From: Phoronis australis
Taxonomy: Eukaryota > Animalia > Phoronida
NCBI GenBank assembly: GCA_002633005.1
Contig: NMRA01000022.1
Coordinates: 176,056-240,055, forward strand
Direction of reading: 5' to 3'
Length of the DNA stretch: 64,000 bases
A model generated the notes under the pieces. It was not told where the DNA came from. It saw only the letters and a program-made list of their open reading frames with translations, and did not search any database. Each line of letters starts with the position of its first letter. Position 1 is the first letter of the stretch. Positions 25,201 to 38,833 of this stretch are shown here, piece by piece. Made by a program: the position numbers and the translations under genes.

Positions 25201-28200
25201 ATTCTTTTATTAGCTCGACAAAATTGCTAAAATTGCAGTTTTTCAAATTTTTAAAGCCTCAGTACTTTGCTAAAAATGTTTCAATAAATTCGGATCTCTA
25301 CTTTGTGCAAACCACTCAACCAGGTGATTAAAATTTTCCAACAAAGTAATTCTTGTTCAGAAAAGTTGAGCCAATAAAATTCCCCATATAAAATGTAGAA
25401 CAGACACGACAGAAGTTCCAACTTGCTTATTCTATCTAAATTGAAAAATCTCAACAAAACGTCAGCAAAATGTGTATGTTTCCATAAAAATCGCAGAATT
25501 TAGCTGAATCGCATTTCCTGACACCGACTCAGTGTCCACTTCCTTAAGTCCGCACAGTGTGATACCAAGGATATAAGGAAGTAAAAAGTCAAGTCAAGTA
25601 GGCATTTAAATTGGACCCTCTGACAAACAAATTTTTTTTTTGGCACTGAGCCGCTAGCAGTAAACTACGTGCAAAAACGATCACTGCAAACAGTAATTGG
25701 TAAACCAAACCTGACTCCAAACAGAGTTGGAAATCAGCACATTGGAAGTGTAGAATTTAATGTCATGCATACCACTCTCAAATTCTACATCAAATATGAA
25801 CCAGCACATGTCAAAATTAGGTTCATGTGGATAAATTTATCTGCAAAAATAATACCTCGCATGTAACCACTCAGAAATCAAGCCCTTCAAAAAATTATAT
25901 TCACTTGAAGATTTGACATTTTACTGGAGTCACTGCACCACTGGCACTTTTCACTTAGTAGTGAATTCGTGAACTAAAGCATTCACTTGGTTCGTTTGCC
26001 GACATTTGGGACACTACTAATCATATGACGTCATTAGGTTAAAATGTATGAGCATAAAATGGCAGAGGACTTGATTCATTGTTGCTACAAAGAGGTTAAA
26101 AAAGGACATGTAACCATGTAAGATCGTTTATGATGACATTCAGAGTTTGATTCGGTTTGTGCACGCACATTTAACAAGTATTTAGTCCTCGTACTGGCAG
26201 TTGCTTCTGACTTACGCCTATTTCACAGAATCTGGGAAGAAATTCTGTTTGAGATGATCTATAAGCTACGTAAACGGGCGCTACGAAAGCCTGCTTGCCC
26301 TTTCGCCATACTCCCTCAAAAGTGACCCATGCATCAGACATAGAACAACACAGCTCAACTTAAGACCTGCTCTTTTTTGTTACTTTTTTGAAAACAGTTT
26401 ACAAGTTTTGCAGAATCCAGAATCAAATCAATAAACATCATTTTGAACCAATCAGTGTGGCAAACACAGCAGGGGAAATGTGTAAATATACAAAAATTTT
26501 GGCCAACCCAAAAATTAAATTAAGATGATTCCAGTTAACAAGATATTGGAAACATCTGGGTTCAACATGTGTCATGTGGTATTAAAGTTGAAAGTTGATT
26601 CCTCACAAGAGTTGAAATACAAACAGGCGTTAACCAAGAAACACTCCAATTCCACTCTAATTCATGACTCAACAACCTTTTAGGGTAACTTAAGTGTTCA
26701 TTACATGCACTGCAAATTTGACAATTCCATGATGAAGGAACCACAAAATCAGTTTTTGGTACGCTACATTTCCAACAACTAAATTAGGCTCATTCTTAAT
26801 GTCCAAAACAAAAACACACTTGGATCACAGTTTGGCAAAGTGCATCACTAAACAATAAGTTTTTTTGAAAACAACGAAACGCACAGGGTAGAAACTCTTA
26901 CGTTTAGAACACAGGATTGCAGACAGCTGGAATTTCACTTTGTCAATTCTTAACAAAAATGCATCAATTTCTGCAATTTTTTCCCCAACTTGAATAACTT
27001 TTACGGCAGACACGAGAATGAGAAGTGCTCTGTAATGCTGTAGCTTGTATTTCCACTTAAAGGCAATCAACAGACAGGGGTCAAAGAGCCTGGCCTCTGT
27101 ACTTTGGGAAAACTTCAAGGACATCCTACAGTGCTGGTACCAAAAGCATTTGTCAGCTCAAAACCCCATTATACCCAAGGCTATATATGCAAGTAATCTT
27201 CAACGCCCCGGGCCAGTGCAACCACTGGAATTTCCCAGGCAGATCAGTTTAATTTAGAACTGAATACTAACCCACAACACTACGTGTAAGAATCATGCTA
27301 CGATCACACGAGTGACGAAAACGCTAGCAGTTCTTTAGTGGCCAAAACATCTGGCATTTTAACCGGACAGTCAGCGAAAGGGTCATTTTCAACAGCCTAT
27401 AGTTTGTTGGCTCACCACCAGAATCACTTTTAAAGCGAAAATTGACATAGAAACTCTGCCATAAATTGGTAAATACAACAGTACGCATTAGCTTCTTTCT
27501 CCTGTGCATGAATGTAAAGTGAGCAGTCTGGTTAGCAAGCATGGCCAGTAGTTCTGAGGTAACTCAAATCACAGTTATACTTTCAACTCTGTTCATATTA
27601 CCGGCATTTTGGCTAATGGTCCAAGTGTTAACACTTTCCTGGCTAAGAGAGCAGAAAATGGCAACAACGAAAATCACATTTAAGAATTATGACGTCAGTG
27701 CAGGGGTTGTTGGGCTACTTATGCAAATGTGATGGCGATATGCAATAGACTCGAATCAAACACGTACCAAATCAACCACACAAGCATGATAATTTGTGAG
27801 TACATCAATTTTAACCTTATACGGGTAGAACCTGGAGCTTGCGCAAGACACGTATAAAAACAACCTTTAGGAAATATTCGGTGCTAAATTTATCTCAAAA
27901 TTCTCACTGACTTCAAACTAACACTTTTACAATACCTTCTGTTGTTAAGGTAAGAAAGTTCAACTTTCTGTTATTTTTACTGTCTATGGTGTATAGCCAA
28001 CAGTCACATTTCTACCTGGGTATCTACCCAAGATATCCTAGACCTACGTAAAACAACGAGATCCAACTATTGCCCAGGGAAACAGTGAGATAGGACAGTT
28101 GCAAGGCTCCGCACTAACCACAAACCACACAGTGTTATCACTGAAGATGTCCTTGAACCTGATTGAGAGTTTTACAAGCAGGCACTGGAGTGGTTAATAA

Positions 28201-29024
28201 GAGTACTTGCGATGTGTGGCCGAGCCTTTCAGTCGTAGATTACTAGGCAGTAAAACAGACACCTTTTCTGATTAGTGTGCGTGTAAGTGCAGCACAGGAG
28301 AAATGCAGTATATGTGGGCAGAAAAGTGGACGGAAAACCGCTTCCCGGGTAATGACGGCTAATTCTGCATACACCGAAACTGATTCACGACAAAGCCTCA
28401 TTGGAGAAAAATTGAGCCAATGTTTCAATTTTATTCTGCGTCGTTTTCAGTCACAATAAGAAACTACGATGATGAAGTATGACGTGATTGACATGTCATC
28501 ACGACACGGAATTCCAGTCAGTTTTAGCGGTACAGAACTGACAGGACATGCGCAGACACTCATATGGTCTGCCTCAACAAGGGATTATGACATCACTACT
28601 GACAGAACATGATTCTTTGAAAGATTCCTGCCGAGGCATAACCAACAACAACTGAACATACATAGCAGCCAACACATTCCCTAGACTCACAACATAATCA
28701 CTTGCAGGGCAGACTGTTTATAGCAACTACCCAGTTTGTATCAAATTCTACCAGTCGACAAACCCTCTTTGGTAGCCCATTTTAAAAACATCTTTAAAAA
28801 CATTTTTTCATACTAATGTCCACGCATTGATGTTTAGGGGAGTTGCGGTCAGTATGAACGGTTAACTTTGGTCCTGGATTGAAGGTAACAGCACCAGTTA
28901 ACGTGGCAGAAAACAGGTGGATTAACAGCGGAGCGTCGACGCTGCGGTACAGTATGAACGGTCAACTTTGGTCTCATCAAAGTTATCGCCAGGTGCCACT
29001 GTTATCGTCAACAATTAAAGAGTA

Positions 29025-29300
29025 GTGTCGTCGCTAATAATGGACATCGAGGACTTTAGTTGCCCAAACTGTAATAGTTTCAGTGGCCAGCTCACATGGT
29101 CATTAGTAAAACCGCCAAAATACCTTTGTATTCATATCTTACGAACCGCGACTAATGGTGAAAAAATCAACACAAAGATTTCCTCTTATGACCTCTCCGG
29201 CTACAAAATAAAAGCAGTCATTGAACACCATGGAAGAAACACGACTCAACTTTAACATCCTTCGCCGCAGAGATAACAACTCTTGGGCTGTCTCCGGTGA
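29025..29300 (+). pseudogene. decayed ubiquitin-specific protease (peptidase C19) C-terminal fragment, antisense in GNAI intron 3
   Basis: IEDFSCPNCN..LTWSLVKPPKYLCIHILR..GEKINTKI..YKIKAVIEHHG follows the USP motif order CxxC, P.xL.IHL.R, KI, Y.L.AVI.H.G. A stop/frameshift falls at the His box, then RRRDNNSW in another frame. Confidence 0.65.
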
Positions 29301-29861
29301 GTTCATTCTTTGTTGAATCATGTTTAGGTAAATTATATTTTGCTCGAATAATCACCAATCTTATCAAAACTAAGTTTTATGTCAATTACCACACGTAAAT
29401 GTTCCCAAAATTGTCACATTAACAAAATCTTAGCACGCGGTTACTTCGATTACAACAGCGTTCCCTACCGTTTACTTTGATGCCTGTTAACTACCGGCTT
29501 TGGTAGTTAAGCCGGTAATTAACTTCGCAGTTTACGTTGACGCTCCACCGGAGTAAAATCAGTATGACAAGACCTTTTAACAAGTTGCTATTACCTATCG
29601 TCCGTGCGCAAGGGTCCATCCAAGCAATGATTATCTTTTATTCTATCTTCTTTACAGATGGGTAGAGACCAATGCATAATCAACCACAATGGCATGCAAG
29701 GAGGATTCTGTAGCTCAATGCCAGGCAAAAACTCCGAGCAAAGGGTTTTTAAACAATGCAATCACGTAACATGATCAGGTGGATTTTCACCAGTAATTCT
29801 AAAATTCTCTGCCAAAACCATCTACCTGCAGGATTGACCAGGGTAACAACAACACACTTAC

Positions 29862-30003
29862 CGTCCTGTCAGGGTGTCCGAACTCAATCTTCAGTTGTCC
29901 CATGGCCCGAATGATGGCTATCATACTTTGTATTGTGTTGCTGTAAACTACAGGACGATACTGTAGACATTCGTCTTTGGAGTATCCCTTGTCGTGGATG
30001 ATC
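29862..30003 (-). CDS. GNAI: G protein alpha-i subunit, exon 3
   Basis: 142 nt, cag/gtaagt. Encodes [47 protein letters not shown] and ends in phase 0. Confidence 0.97.
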
Positions 30004-31008
30004 CTGCAGAGAAAGACAACCAAAATGCCTGAATTTGGGACCGACAGCCCATTTTTACCAAACAGTCTCAATCTCAATCATTTATTTTGAAACTGGAATT
30101 GTTGCTGATTTAATAATTCCATGCTTTGTAATTTAACTGTCACATATGAAGTGAAACAGAGAACGTTTGAATCAACTCAACGTTTGAAAAAACTATTTAA
30201 ATTGCGGTCGCTGTATCACTAAATTAAGAAATATATCTTCCATGTACTATTTTATTGGTGCTCCTACTTTTGAAATCATGATTCCCAGAAATAGAATCTG
30301 AGACTATAAGGGTCATTATCGGTTGTGTGTCCAAAACTGCATTTTTGGGATTGTTGGACGGGATAGCCTCTGAAGGTATTAGCTTTCATCAGAGCTATAA
30401 AACAACGAAACATCTCGTTTCTCTGATTTTATTACAAATCGCCAATTCTCGCCAATGTCTGCCAGACATTTGCTGAGATCAGAGTTGGTGACTTAGTCAA
30501 TTAAATACCCTTAAAACACATTGTCATTTATAAAATGGATTTAGCTGTGCCAGCCAAGCATTAGACTCATGGCATTGGTGGTCAAATTTCGCACTGAGGC
30601 TGAGTGCTCTGTTGATAATGCCCTTTTTACAGCTTATGGGTAATTTTCAAATTCATATGTCAGCTAAACAGCTGAAACACCACACGTTTCAACTTCAATG
30701 TTCATACTGTGTGTTCTTATTGAAACAGAAACCAACTCAACGACCATGTTAAGAAACATGTTACCTGTGACATAAGCAGCTTTTGGTGACAGTCATGACA
30801 ATTTGACAATTAATATTAACCTCACAGATGTATTTGCATACTCTTAACTATGCTAATGTACAACAGGAACTAAACACAATTCTATTTTAACATTATTTAT
30901 GCTAAACAAAGTGCAGTTATATTCAACGACAATTTGTGAATGTGAAAACAAAAAATCTCCATGATAGCAAGTAGCAGCATATATTCAAGAAAACAACAAC
31001 GGTTTTAA

Positions 31009-31056
31009 AACTTGACATGTTTCGGTGTCATTTATTAAACACCATCCTCAGAAGTC
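31009..31056 (-). ncRNA. identical hammerhead motif on the minus (GNAI sense) strand
   Basis: Exact reverse complement of 31262-31309. Confidence 0.7.
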
Positions 31057-31261
31057 ATAATACAGTGGCCACCTAGCTAGGCCCAGCAACAAGTAATGAA
31101 GCACAGATACAGTCAGTTACAGGGAGTGACAATGAACTAGACCAACAATGACAGCCTGTGGTGTGTCAGTTGTTGGTATAGTTCATTGTCACTCCCTGTA
31201 ACTGACTGTATCTGTGCTTCATTACTTGTTGCTGGGCCTAGCTAGGTGGCCACTGTATTAT

Positions 31262-31309
31262 GACTTCTGAGGATGGTGTTTAATAAATGACACCGAAACA
31301 TGTCAAGTT
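31262..31309 (+). ncRNA. minimal type I hammerhead ribozyme motif (Penelope-type)
   Basis: gactt-CTGAGGA-t-GGTGT(ttaataaatg)ACACC-GAAA-CATG-TC^aagtt. Stem I gactt/aagtt, stem II GGTGT/ACACC, minimal palindromic stem III, GUC cleavage triplet. Confidence 0.7.
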
Positions 31310-32630
31310 TTAAATCCGTTGTTGTTTTCCTTGAAAACAAAAAATTCTGGAAATAGGTGACCTTTGAACTAATGACGTACCTCAGGGCTCACATAGCCCA
31401 CATCATGAAGTGTTATTCCTCAGTACCACACCACAAAAATACAGGACACAGTGCAGTGATTTGCGGCATATCATTTTCGCCACAAAACTCATTCTTAAAA
31501 AAATGCGTCAACTTTCACATCCTCGCTGCATGATGTGTTTCTAACTATTTCGGCAAAGCAATCACGGAGATGAGTAATTAGCCAGCAACTTCCACTTAAA
31601 CTCAGAAAAAAGATCCTCCAACATTCTGAGCTGTTCTCGCAGTCTCCGATTAAAAACGCATAAAATTGCCGAGTTTCAGGGTAAAGATCTTTTCAAGTTA
31701 TACTTCTCGTAGGCTACAGAACAACTCATTAGATCATGCCAATTGCCAAACAAAACAATGTTCCTCCACAGATTTAGGACTGACCAGCAATGCCTCTAGT
31801 TTTATGTTAAACTCCAAGTTTCACAACAGCTTGTAAAGAAATTAAGCAGGGAAGCACTCCATAAACTTTTACTTATTTCAGGTCTACTTGCCTGGTTTAC
31901 AACTGACAGTTGAGACCGCAGTACCTTCCTACCCCCTGCACCAGTTTGAAAGCATCCATTCAGAACTACACAGAATTTAGGTCTAGAAAAATGTCTAAAT
32001 TAGCCTTACTTTGGAGCATCCCTAATCAGAAATGGCCGATTGGATTCTTCTGGAACTTTTAGATTCTGTGTTTGATGCACAATTTTCCAAAAGGTTATTA
32101 GGAATTGTTTTAAAGTGTTTTACTTCTGCATGAGGCCCTATCAAAAACGGTATTTTCCATGAAAGAATGCAAGTTTCATCCGTGGAAAAGAAAACGATAA
32201 TTTAGAAATATGTCGCAATACTTCCGGAATTATATCAAATGAAATTTGGTCACACTAAATACAGTTGTTTACCTGTGAATGTACTTTTCTTTTTTGCTAA
32301 ATTTTAAGTAACTATAGTAACATAGTCACTTGTCCCAATTAATGGCAGATTGATATGAAGTCAAAAATTAAATTCTACACCTTTCAACTTTCATAATACA
32401 TTCAGAGACAAATTCTGTAGATCTCTAGCTGGTTGGTTAAATGGCCAGATTTGTGGATAAGGTTCCACATCACTTTAATGAGACAGCACTGAATAATGTA
32501 TGAACTGAATAGCAATCTCCAACTACTTACATAGCTCATGAGGAGCTCACCAGCATACCTCGCATATCAGTTTTACCTGACAACACCACACCTCTAACAG
32601 TAAAGAATATCGAAATTCAAACATACTTAC

Positions 32631-32673
32631 TTCATCTGTTTGACGATAGTGCTTTTACCCGATTCGCCGGCTC
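32631..32673 (-). CDS. GNAI: G protein alpha-i subunit, exon 2
   Basis: 43 nt with ag/gtaagt boundaries. Contains the P-loop GAGESGKSTIVKQMK. Confidence 0.97.
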
Positions 32674-35600
32674 CTAAAACAGAGAACGAATACGTGAACA
32701 ATCGGACAACGCAAAATCTTCTTCAATTCGGGACAATAATAATTGCTGTAATTGCCGTGTTTCAGTGTCTGACCACATTGGTTAAAATTGCTCAAAATCT
32801 TAGCAAATGTTGTTTAGTAATGGCTACGTCCCCAAAACCAGAGAGGAAGCAAAGGTAATTTCATGAAGATTTTTTGTTGAGAAATTTGACAAAATTAGAT
32901 TTCCCCCCGTCTGCCACAGCCTGGCCATACTGTGCCCTGAAACTGAAGAGTTTTTGCCTTAAATAGTGTATTTTTTACCAAACTTATTTCATCAATATTC
33001 ATATTCGTGCTTACCCTTGGATTTTCAACAGTCTCTTTGAATGTCCATATTTGGTGTAAGTACTAGGCTTAAAATTAGAATTTCCACGCACTGCTCATTA
33101 GATGGAGCCAAAGTCTAATTACAAACTTAGGGAGCGATCAATGAACTCCATCCATTCAATGGTTTTATTATGTTTAAATGGAAGCGGGCAAATCTCCAAA
33201 AATCAAAATTAAGAGCACTTCAAAACATGAACGACAAAGATAGTTTTCAAAGAATACTATACACAAGGCTTTAACATTCTTTTTGAATCGTTCAATCTAA
33301 ACACTTTGTGCATTAACTCAAACGAATACGGTAATTAATACAAAATCAAACCAATGACTCAACCAACGATTCGTTGTCAAAGTGGCATTGTTACATTTCC
33401 TATTCCGTCACAAAATAAACATGCCACTATCGAAACCAACAAAGTTTGCTCTTCGTCACTTGAAAGTAAAGTTGGCATTTGTCCCTCCAAAGAAACAATT
33501 AGGTATAAGCAAAACTTTGGAAACTGAAAATGAGGGTACGTCTAAATTTGAAACCAGTGAATCACTTGAACTAGGTTGTACAACATGACTTCTAACCATG
33601 CTAAAATCTCAATGATTTATCACACAATATGGCAGACAAGTGAAATTCCATTTTCTTGTTTTTTTTTCCATAAAAACTCTTTAAAACCAAATTAGTGCTG
33701 TGCCACTCCAGCACTGTATGGCACCTAACAACAGACAATATTGTGAAAAAGTGTGGCCATTCACAATGATGTTTGAACACCTTGCAAAATGAAAAGCAAT
33801 TTTGGAAATTGTTGGTGAGACTTTACCACGGGTGTACTTTAATGGCAATGTACTTTACAGAGCTCCATCAGAGAATCAGACATATCAAACAAACTGTTGA
33901 CAAACTAATTATCATTAATGGCCAGCAACCAAACACAGTTTCATCAGCACATAAGAAAAGTGGTAAGGCTGTTTACATTGAAGACTTTATTACTACAATA
34001 CCTGGATACATATAGCTAGCACTCAATACATTCATAGTTCAGTAATACAAGCTACAGGGTGCTGGGTTACCGACGGTTACCGCTTTCCCATTCACACAGC
34101 TAGTGCCTCCTATTGCCACTGATTCCAAAGAGATATGACTAAAGCGCCACCTACAGCGTTACAGCTGCTGTGTTCGCACCAAGTTACAGCGGTTATAATC
34201 TCTCGGTAAACCACCCTCGCAGAGGGTTATAGCCGCACTACAGTTACACCTTTCACACCCGGTTTTAAAGTGTTCAGAGTTATCACTTTCAAATCTGTTT
34301 TAAACATTATAACTATTTTAGTGAGAACGGGGTATTAGACTGGTAGCCTATCAGTCAAACGACATTGAGATGACAAGCTTAAGAGCCATTTACACTACAA
34401 ATGCTGACACCGATCAGCTGACATGGAACAAATGATGACACCACAGTGACAACTTTTGCCTCCGTCCCGTTTGTGATGTTTGCGTCACGCTCTGTGTCAA
34501 GTCAATTACATATGTCTAAACGTGAAACTGGGGCAAGGCAGAAGGGATCATCTCTACTGCGCTTGTGCAGTGACCTACTTATGGGTTCTCTGTCTCTGCA
34601 ACTCCCACCATTTGTAAACCTGTGCATGTGCATTCCACTCTTCAGCTTATAACTTCCGTCTTGCCACAGTTACTGAGTTCTGTGTGTAAACGGACGCTTG
34701 GCACCGATCAATTTGCTAGATGTCAGTTGCGCCGGGCCAAAAGTTGATGTCTAAACGGAACTTTAGCCATACATATAATGATCACTAATGACTGATTACA
34801 GGTGAGATACTAGGTCATTAAAATTAACCATCAAAGAGGCTTGTTTGCATGGTTTTAACAAGCTCAGCCGGTAGCCATCAATTAGAGCTTGACAAAATAT
34901 TGGGAATATCCATAGACAATTGTACTAAAGCCTAACAAATTTTTGAAAAAAAACATTGACTCATTCCGACCTTCATCTAGAAAGTGTCCAGGATGTCCAA
35001 GTGGAAACCCTGAGTAAAGTTTACACACCCTAGGACAACCTCTTCAGCATTCAGACGTCCAATTGAAGCTAGCAAATCAGCACTGGTCTCCCTTGTCACT
35101 TGCTAGTAGCTGCTGTGAGACCTAAGCTGGTTTAGAAATGATGTACAACTTTATTACAGAACCATGTCTCCAGTGCAGTAACATATCACAATATAACAGC
35201 AATTGGGTTTGCTGTCATAAAGAACACTGTCACGCCTTTTATTGATCATGGACGCCCTGACAAATTGGAAAGCCTGTTGATGCCCTATTTTTGAAATCCT
35301 AGATGAACCGTTGGATTCGTTTGATTTGATTTTTAATACCGCCATCTGGCTTTCTTAATTGCACAGGATAAAAGACTGGATCAAATGTAGTTCATCAATT
35401 GCTTCAGTAGTAAGACTTGCCCTTGACCAATTGGTTTACTCAAGTTTGACATCTGCGATTCCAGTTTGAGGTAACTACATCTTGGTGGGTATAGCTGAAG
35501 TTTTGGCACTGGTCGGACATAACAGTCCCTGATTTAGAGAATGGGCCTAGTATTCAGCGAATGAAACTGCCAAGTGTTGTCCCAAGAATAAGAATCAGAA

Positions 35601-36049
35601 ACAGTCAAGTTTACTCATGCCCAAACTTAGACTGGATGTGAGATGGGGAGAAGTTTTGTGGGCAAAGAAAAATTAAAATGTGACAAGAGACCAAACCTTC
35701 AGTACAACAGCACAATTACACGTCCAAAATGGAGAGATCATCAATAAAAGTTTGATTCCGTTTCATTCACGGTGCTTGGGAAAGAGAAGAAGTATAACAT
35801 TCTGCCAGTACTACCACTGAACTCTTCAACTAACGAGCTAAAACATCGCCAAAGCTTCTCGAAACCTAGTCGGGAAACCAACCCTAAAACAGGGTTGTAA
35901 GTCCATACATTGAACGTGTAGAATTTAGTGCCATATGCATCCTATTTGAATTCACACATCAAATAGTAATACGCACATGTTGAAATTATGACGGCGTGAG
36001 AACATTTATATGCAGAACTAATATGGCAAATATAGCTGCTTTTACACAA

Positions 36050-36370
36050 GGGCCACGGCGCGACTTGCTCCACTTTGTTCCCACTTACATGACGTTACAT
36101 TGCAGCGTCAATCAGCATGAGTGTAAACCGTCTGCACATGCTCGCCTGTACAATAGCAAATATCCACACCACATGGAATGCCAGCTGAACACCCCAATAT
36201 ACGCTATTGCACAAGCGCATTGAAAGATGATCCCTTTCCACCCTGCCCCAGTTGCATAAATTTAGACGTGTAGTTGAAACTGGAGCAACTGATCGATTGC
36301 AACTTGCTCTACCTATCAAACCGGTGTCAAAAAATGGCCACCAAGGTGTCACTTGCTCCATGTCGGTCAG
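36050..36370. repeat. interspersed repeat (inverted copies at ~41125-41460 and 43318-43565; diverged copy at ~40260-40345)
   Basis: Shared blocks tccacaccac.tggaatgccagctga.cacccc and tgaaac.ggagcaactgatcga.tgcaact. Confidence 0.8.
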
Positions 36371-36415
36371 CAATAAACTCCTGAACTACAGCATTTACTA
36401 GGCTCATTGGCTGGC

Positions 36416-36648
36416 AGTGGTAGATGTACGTTTTCAGTAAGGGGGTTTAGGATTCGAGCAAATCCGAGGCTCGTAGCGCTGAGGAGAAGGAAGGTCGGAG
36501 AGGGTTTCCCTCATCCTGTGTAAGATTTTTTGTGGTTTTTAGTAGCTAATTTCATTTTTCTGCAGATTTTTTTTCAATTTTAATTTTTAATCCTATCCCG
36601 AAGGGGGGGGGGGTTGAACCCCCTGAACCCCTTGTAGATCCACCTCTA
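36416..36648. mobile_element. MITE with cagtggtagat...atccacctcta ends, inserted into an older repeat
   Basis: Imperfect TIR with G/C-run subterminal tracts. The joined flanks resemble 25968-26100. Confidence 0.45.
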
Positions 36649-37857
36649 GTTGGCATTCGGGTCACTACTAATGTCATTAGGTGGAAACCTCAGAATACAA
36701 GATAGCAGACAACTTGATTCGTCATTCTTAGAGAAAGGCTAAAAGAGGTATAATACAGAATACAGCCGGGGGGAAAGCCTATTTACTGTTCCCCAAATAT
36801 CCCTAGGGACTTTGACTTGTTAGTACTAGCACACTACAGTATTTTCCTCCATTCTTTTGATTTGTATCCAATTCCCAAAATTGTGACAAAAATTTCGATG
36901 GACCTCCGGCTCTTTCTGAGCTGAGTATTGGCTACTCAGTCAAAACAGAAACCTATTCAGAAACAATTTTGTTCAGCTAAAATATGACCTAATCTGCAAA
37001 TTGGCAAAATTAGTTCCATTAGTTCTTTTGCCACTGAAAACAAGACAAACAAAAGTCAACAATATATCACTTCTTCTCAAATCATACCCATCAGTTTGTA
37101 CAATAAACCTTCTGGTCATGATCATACAACCAGCTGAGCCAGGATAAAACACTCATTGATTTTCACTGTAAGCCAGTGCTAACCACATAGAATTTGTTGC
37201 ATGAAAGTTTGTGAAAGTTTAAACAGGATTTTACATTAGGCAATGGGGAAGTCAATTTTAATGCCAGCTACTGATTTTCAAGTATTGAATCAACGATGTG
37301 TTAGACAGAGCTTTTTTGCTAACTGATAATTGCAAGCAAGCATTGAATCCTGCCTTACTTTAACATGTCTGACATACATAGTCACTACCTGTGTTGATTC
37401 TGTGTCATACATATTTTTCACTAAAATGTTAAGTTGCGTGAATCGTATCACAAAATTAACACAAACTGCAGAGCTTGATAAAGGTGAGCGTACTCCCGCA
37501 GAAAAGGTATTCTGGAAGTGATGGCCATGAGGGTGACTTTTTTTCACAACCAGCCACTCTACAATAAGGTGCCTTTTGCAAAAAATGCCCAACTAAAGGG
37601 TTTACCTTCGGAATTTGGAACATTACAAAAAGGTTCGTTTTTTTCAACTATGAAATTTGATTGCAAAAATGCATTGATTTTCGATAACATTGCACATTTT
37701 CATGCACTTTCAAGCTTAACGTCTTAAAACGACTATCCCATGACCCCCTACAAAAGGGTGGTTTACTGTAGCTAGTGTTTGTGGAACAAATCTCTGTGAA
37801 GAATGGCGTTTACACTGACTTAGCTCATACCTCGGCATCAGCAACGCCACTTCTGAT

Positions 37858-38833
37858 CAGGCCTTTATGCAGCCTACGTCCTGGACGCCCTAGCACTAAT
37901 CTGGAGGCACTGGCAAGGACGCCCAATGTATCATTTGGACGCCCACTGTCAAGCGGAACCTTTCAAGTTTGGACACACAAATTGTAATGATTACTAGGAA
38001 GCCTAAGCACATAGCTGAAGGGAGAAGTGAGCTCACAGTGGTGGCTCTTTTTTCAAAGCAGGAAGAAATTTTCAATGTATATAGGAAGTATATACAATGT
38101 TGCTATGTTCACACTTGATTGACAGCATTGAGTATCCAGAACACCTTTCAAGGATTAGCGCATTTTGTTGTCAAAAGTTTCTTCCACTCCTGGACACATT
38201 CCCAGTGGTCTTAGCTCCATAGCCCAATACTATATGTACATGTGGGGTTCATACCTGAGTGCAACTCCAAACTGGTATTTCAGAGCTGTAACTTCATGAT
38301 TTTCATCTCTTTTTAAAAATATCAAAAGTGAAATAAATGTGATTATTTTAATACAATATTGTGCCACAAGAATAAGCCCAATTACATTTTTTGAGTTTGT
38401 GCCCATTTCATGTTTTTCAATGTGCGTTTTAAGGCTTTAATATGGAACAGCAGTGACACCTGTTGCCAAAATATAAATTACATATCAAGTGCGTTTTTCT
38501 TGTTTTATAACTGCAGCTCTGATGACTCATTTTACAGAATATTAAAGCTGATTAAAATGATGTCACAAACTTTATAACATCAATTTGACTTGAAATCACC
38601 AAAAACATAATGCACTCATCGTTTAACCAATATCTCTAATATTTGTTTGGTAAGCTACTTGGTTGTTTTCGTAAATTTAGATGTAAAAGTCTTGGTCTAC
38701 ACATCTTTTTGTAAAAAAACTCTACGTGTGTGGGGGAGGGGATTGCTGATGAACGGTCGCGGGGGTGGGGGTTACGCGTTGGAATCATGGACGCCCTGGA
38801 ATATTGGGAACCCCATTTTGGACACCCTATTTG
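37858..38833 (+). mobile_element. longer, truncated copy of the CAGGCCTTCAT MITE family
   Basis: Begins caggcctttatgcag. Both ends align in reverse orientation to 42825-43316, and the right TIR is missing. Confidence 0.7.

Larger units (their letters stand above)
30957..31333. mobile_element. Penelope-like element inverted-repeat remnant (palindrome) with apparent 14-bp flanking duplication
   Basis: Near-perfect arms 30986-31153 / 31164-31333. tgaaaacaaaaaat is repeated at 30943-30956 and 31332-31345. Each arm has the CTGAGGATG...CGAAACATGTC motif. Confidence 0.7.
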
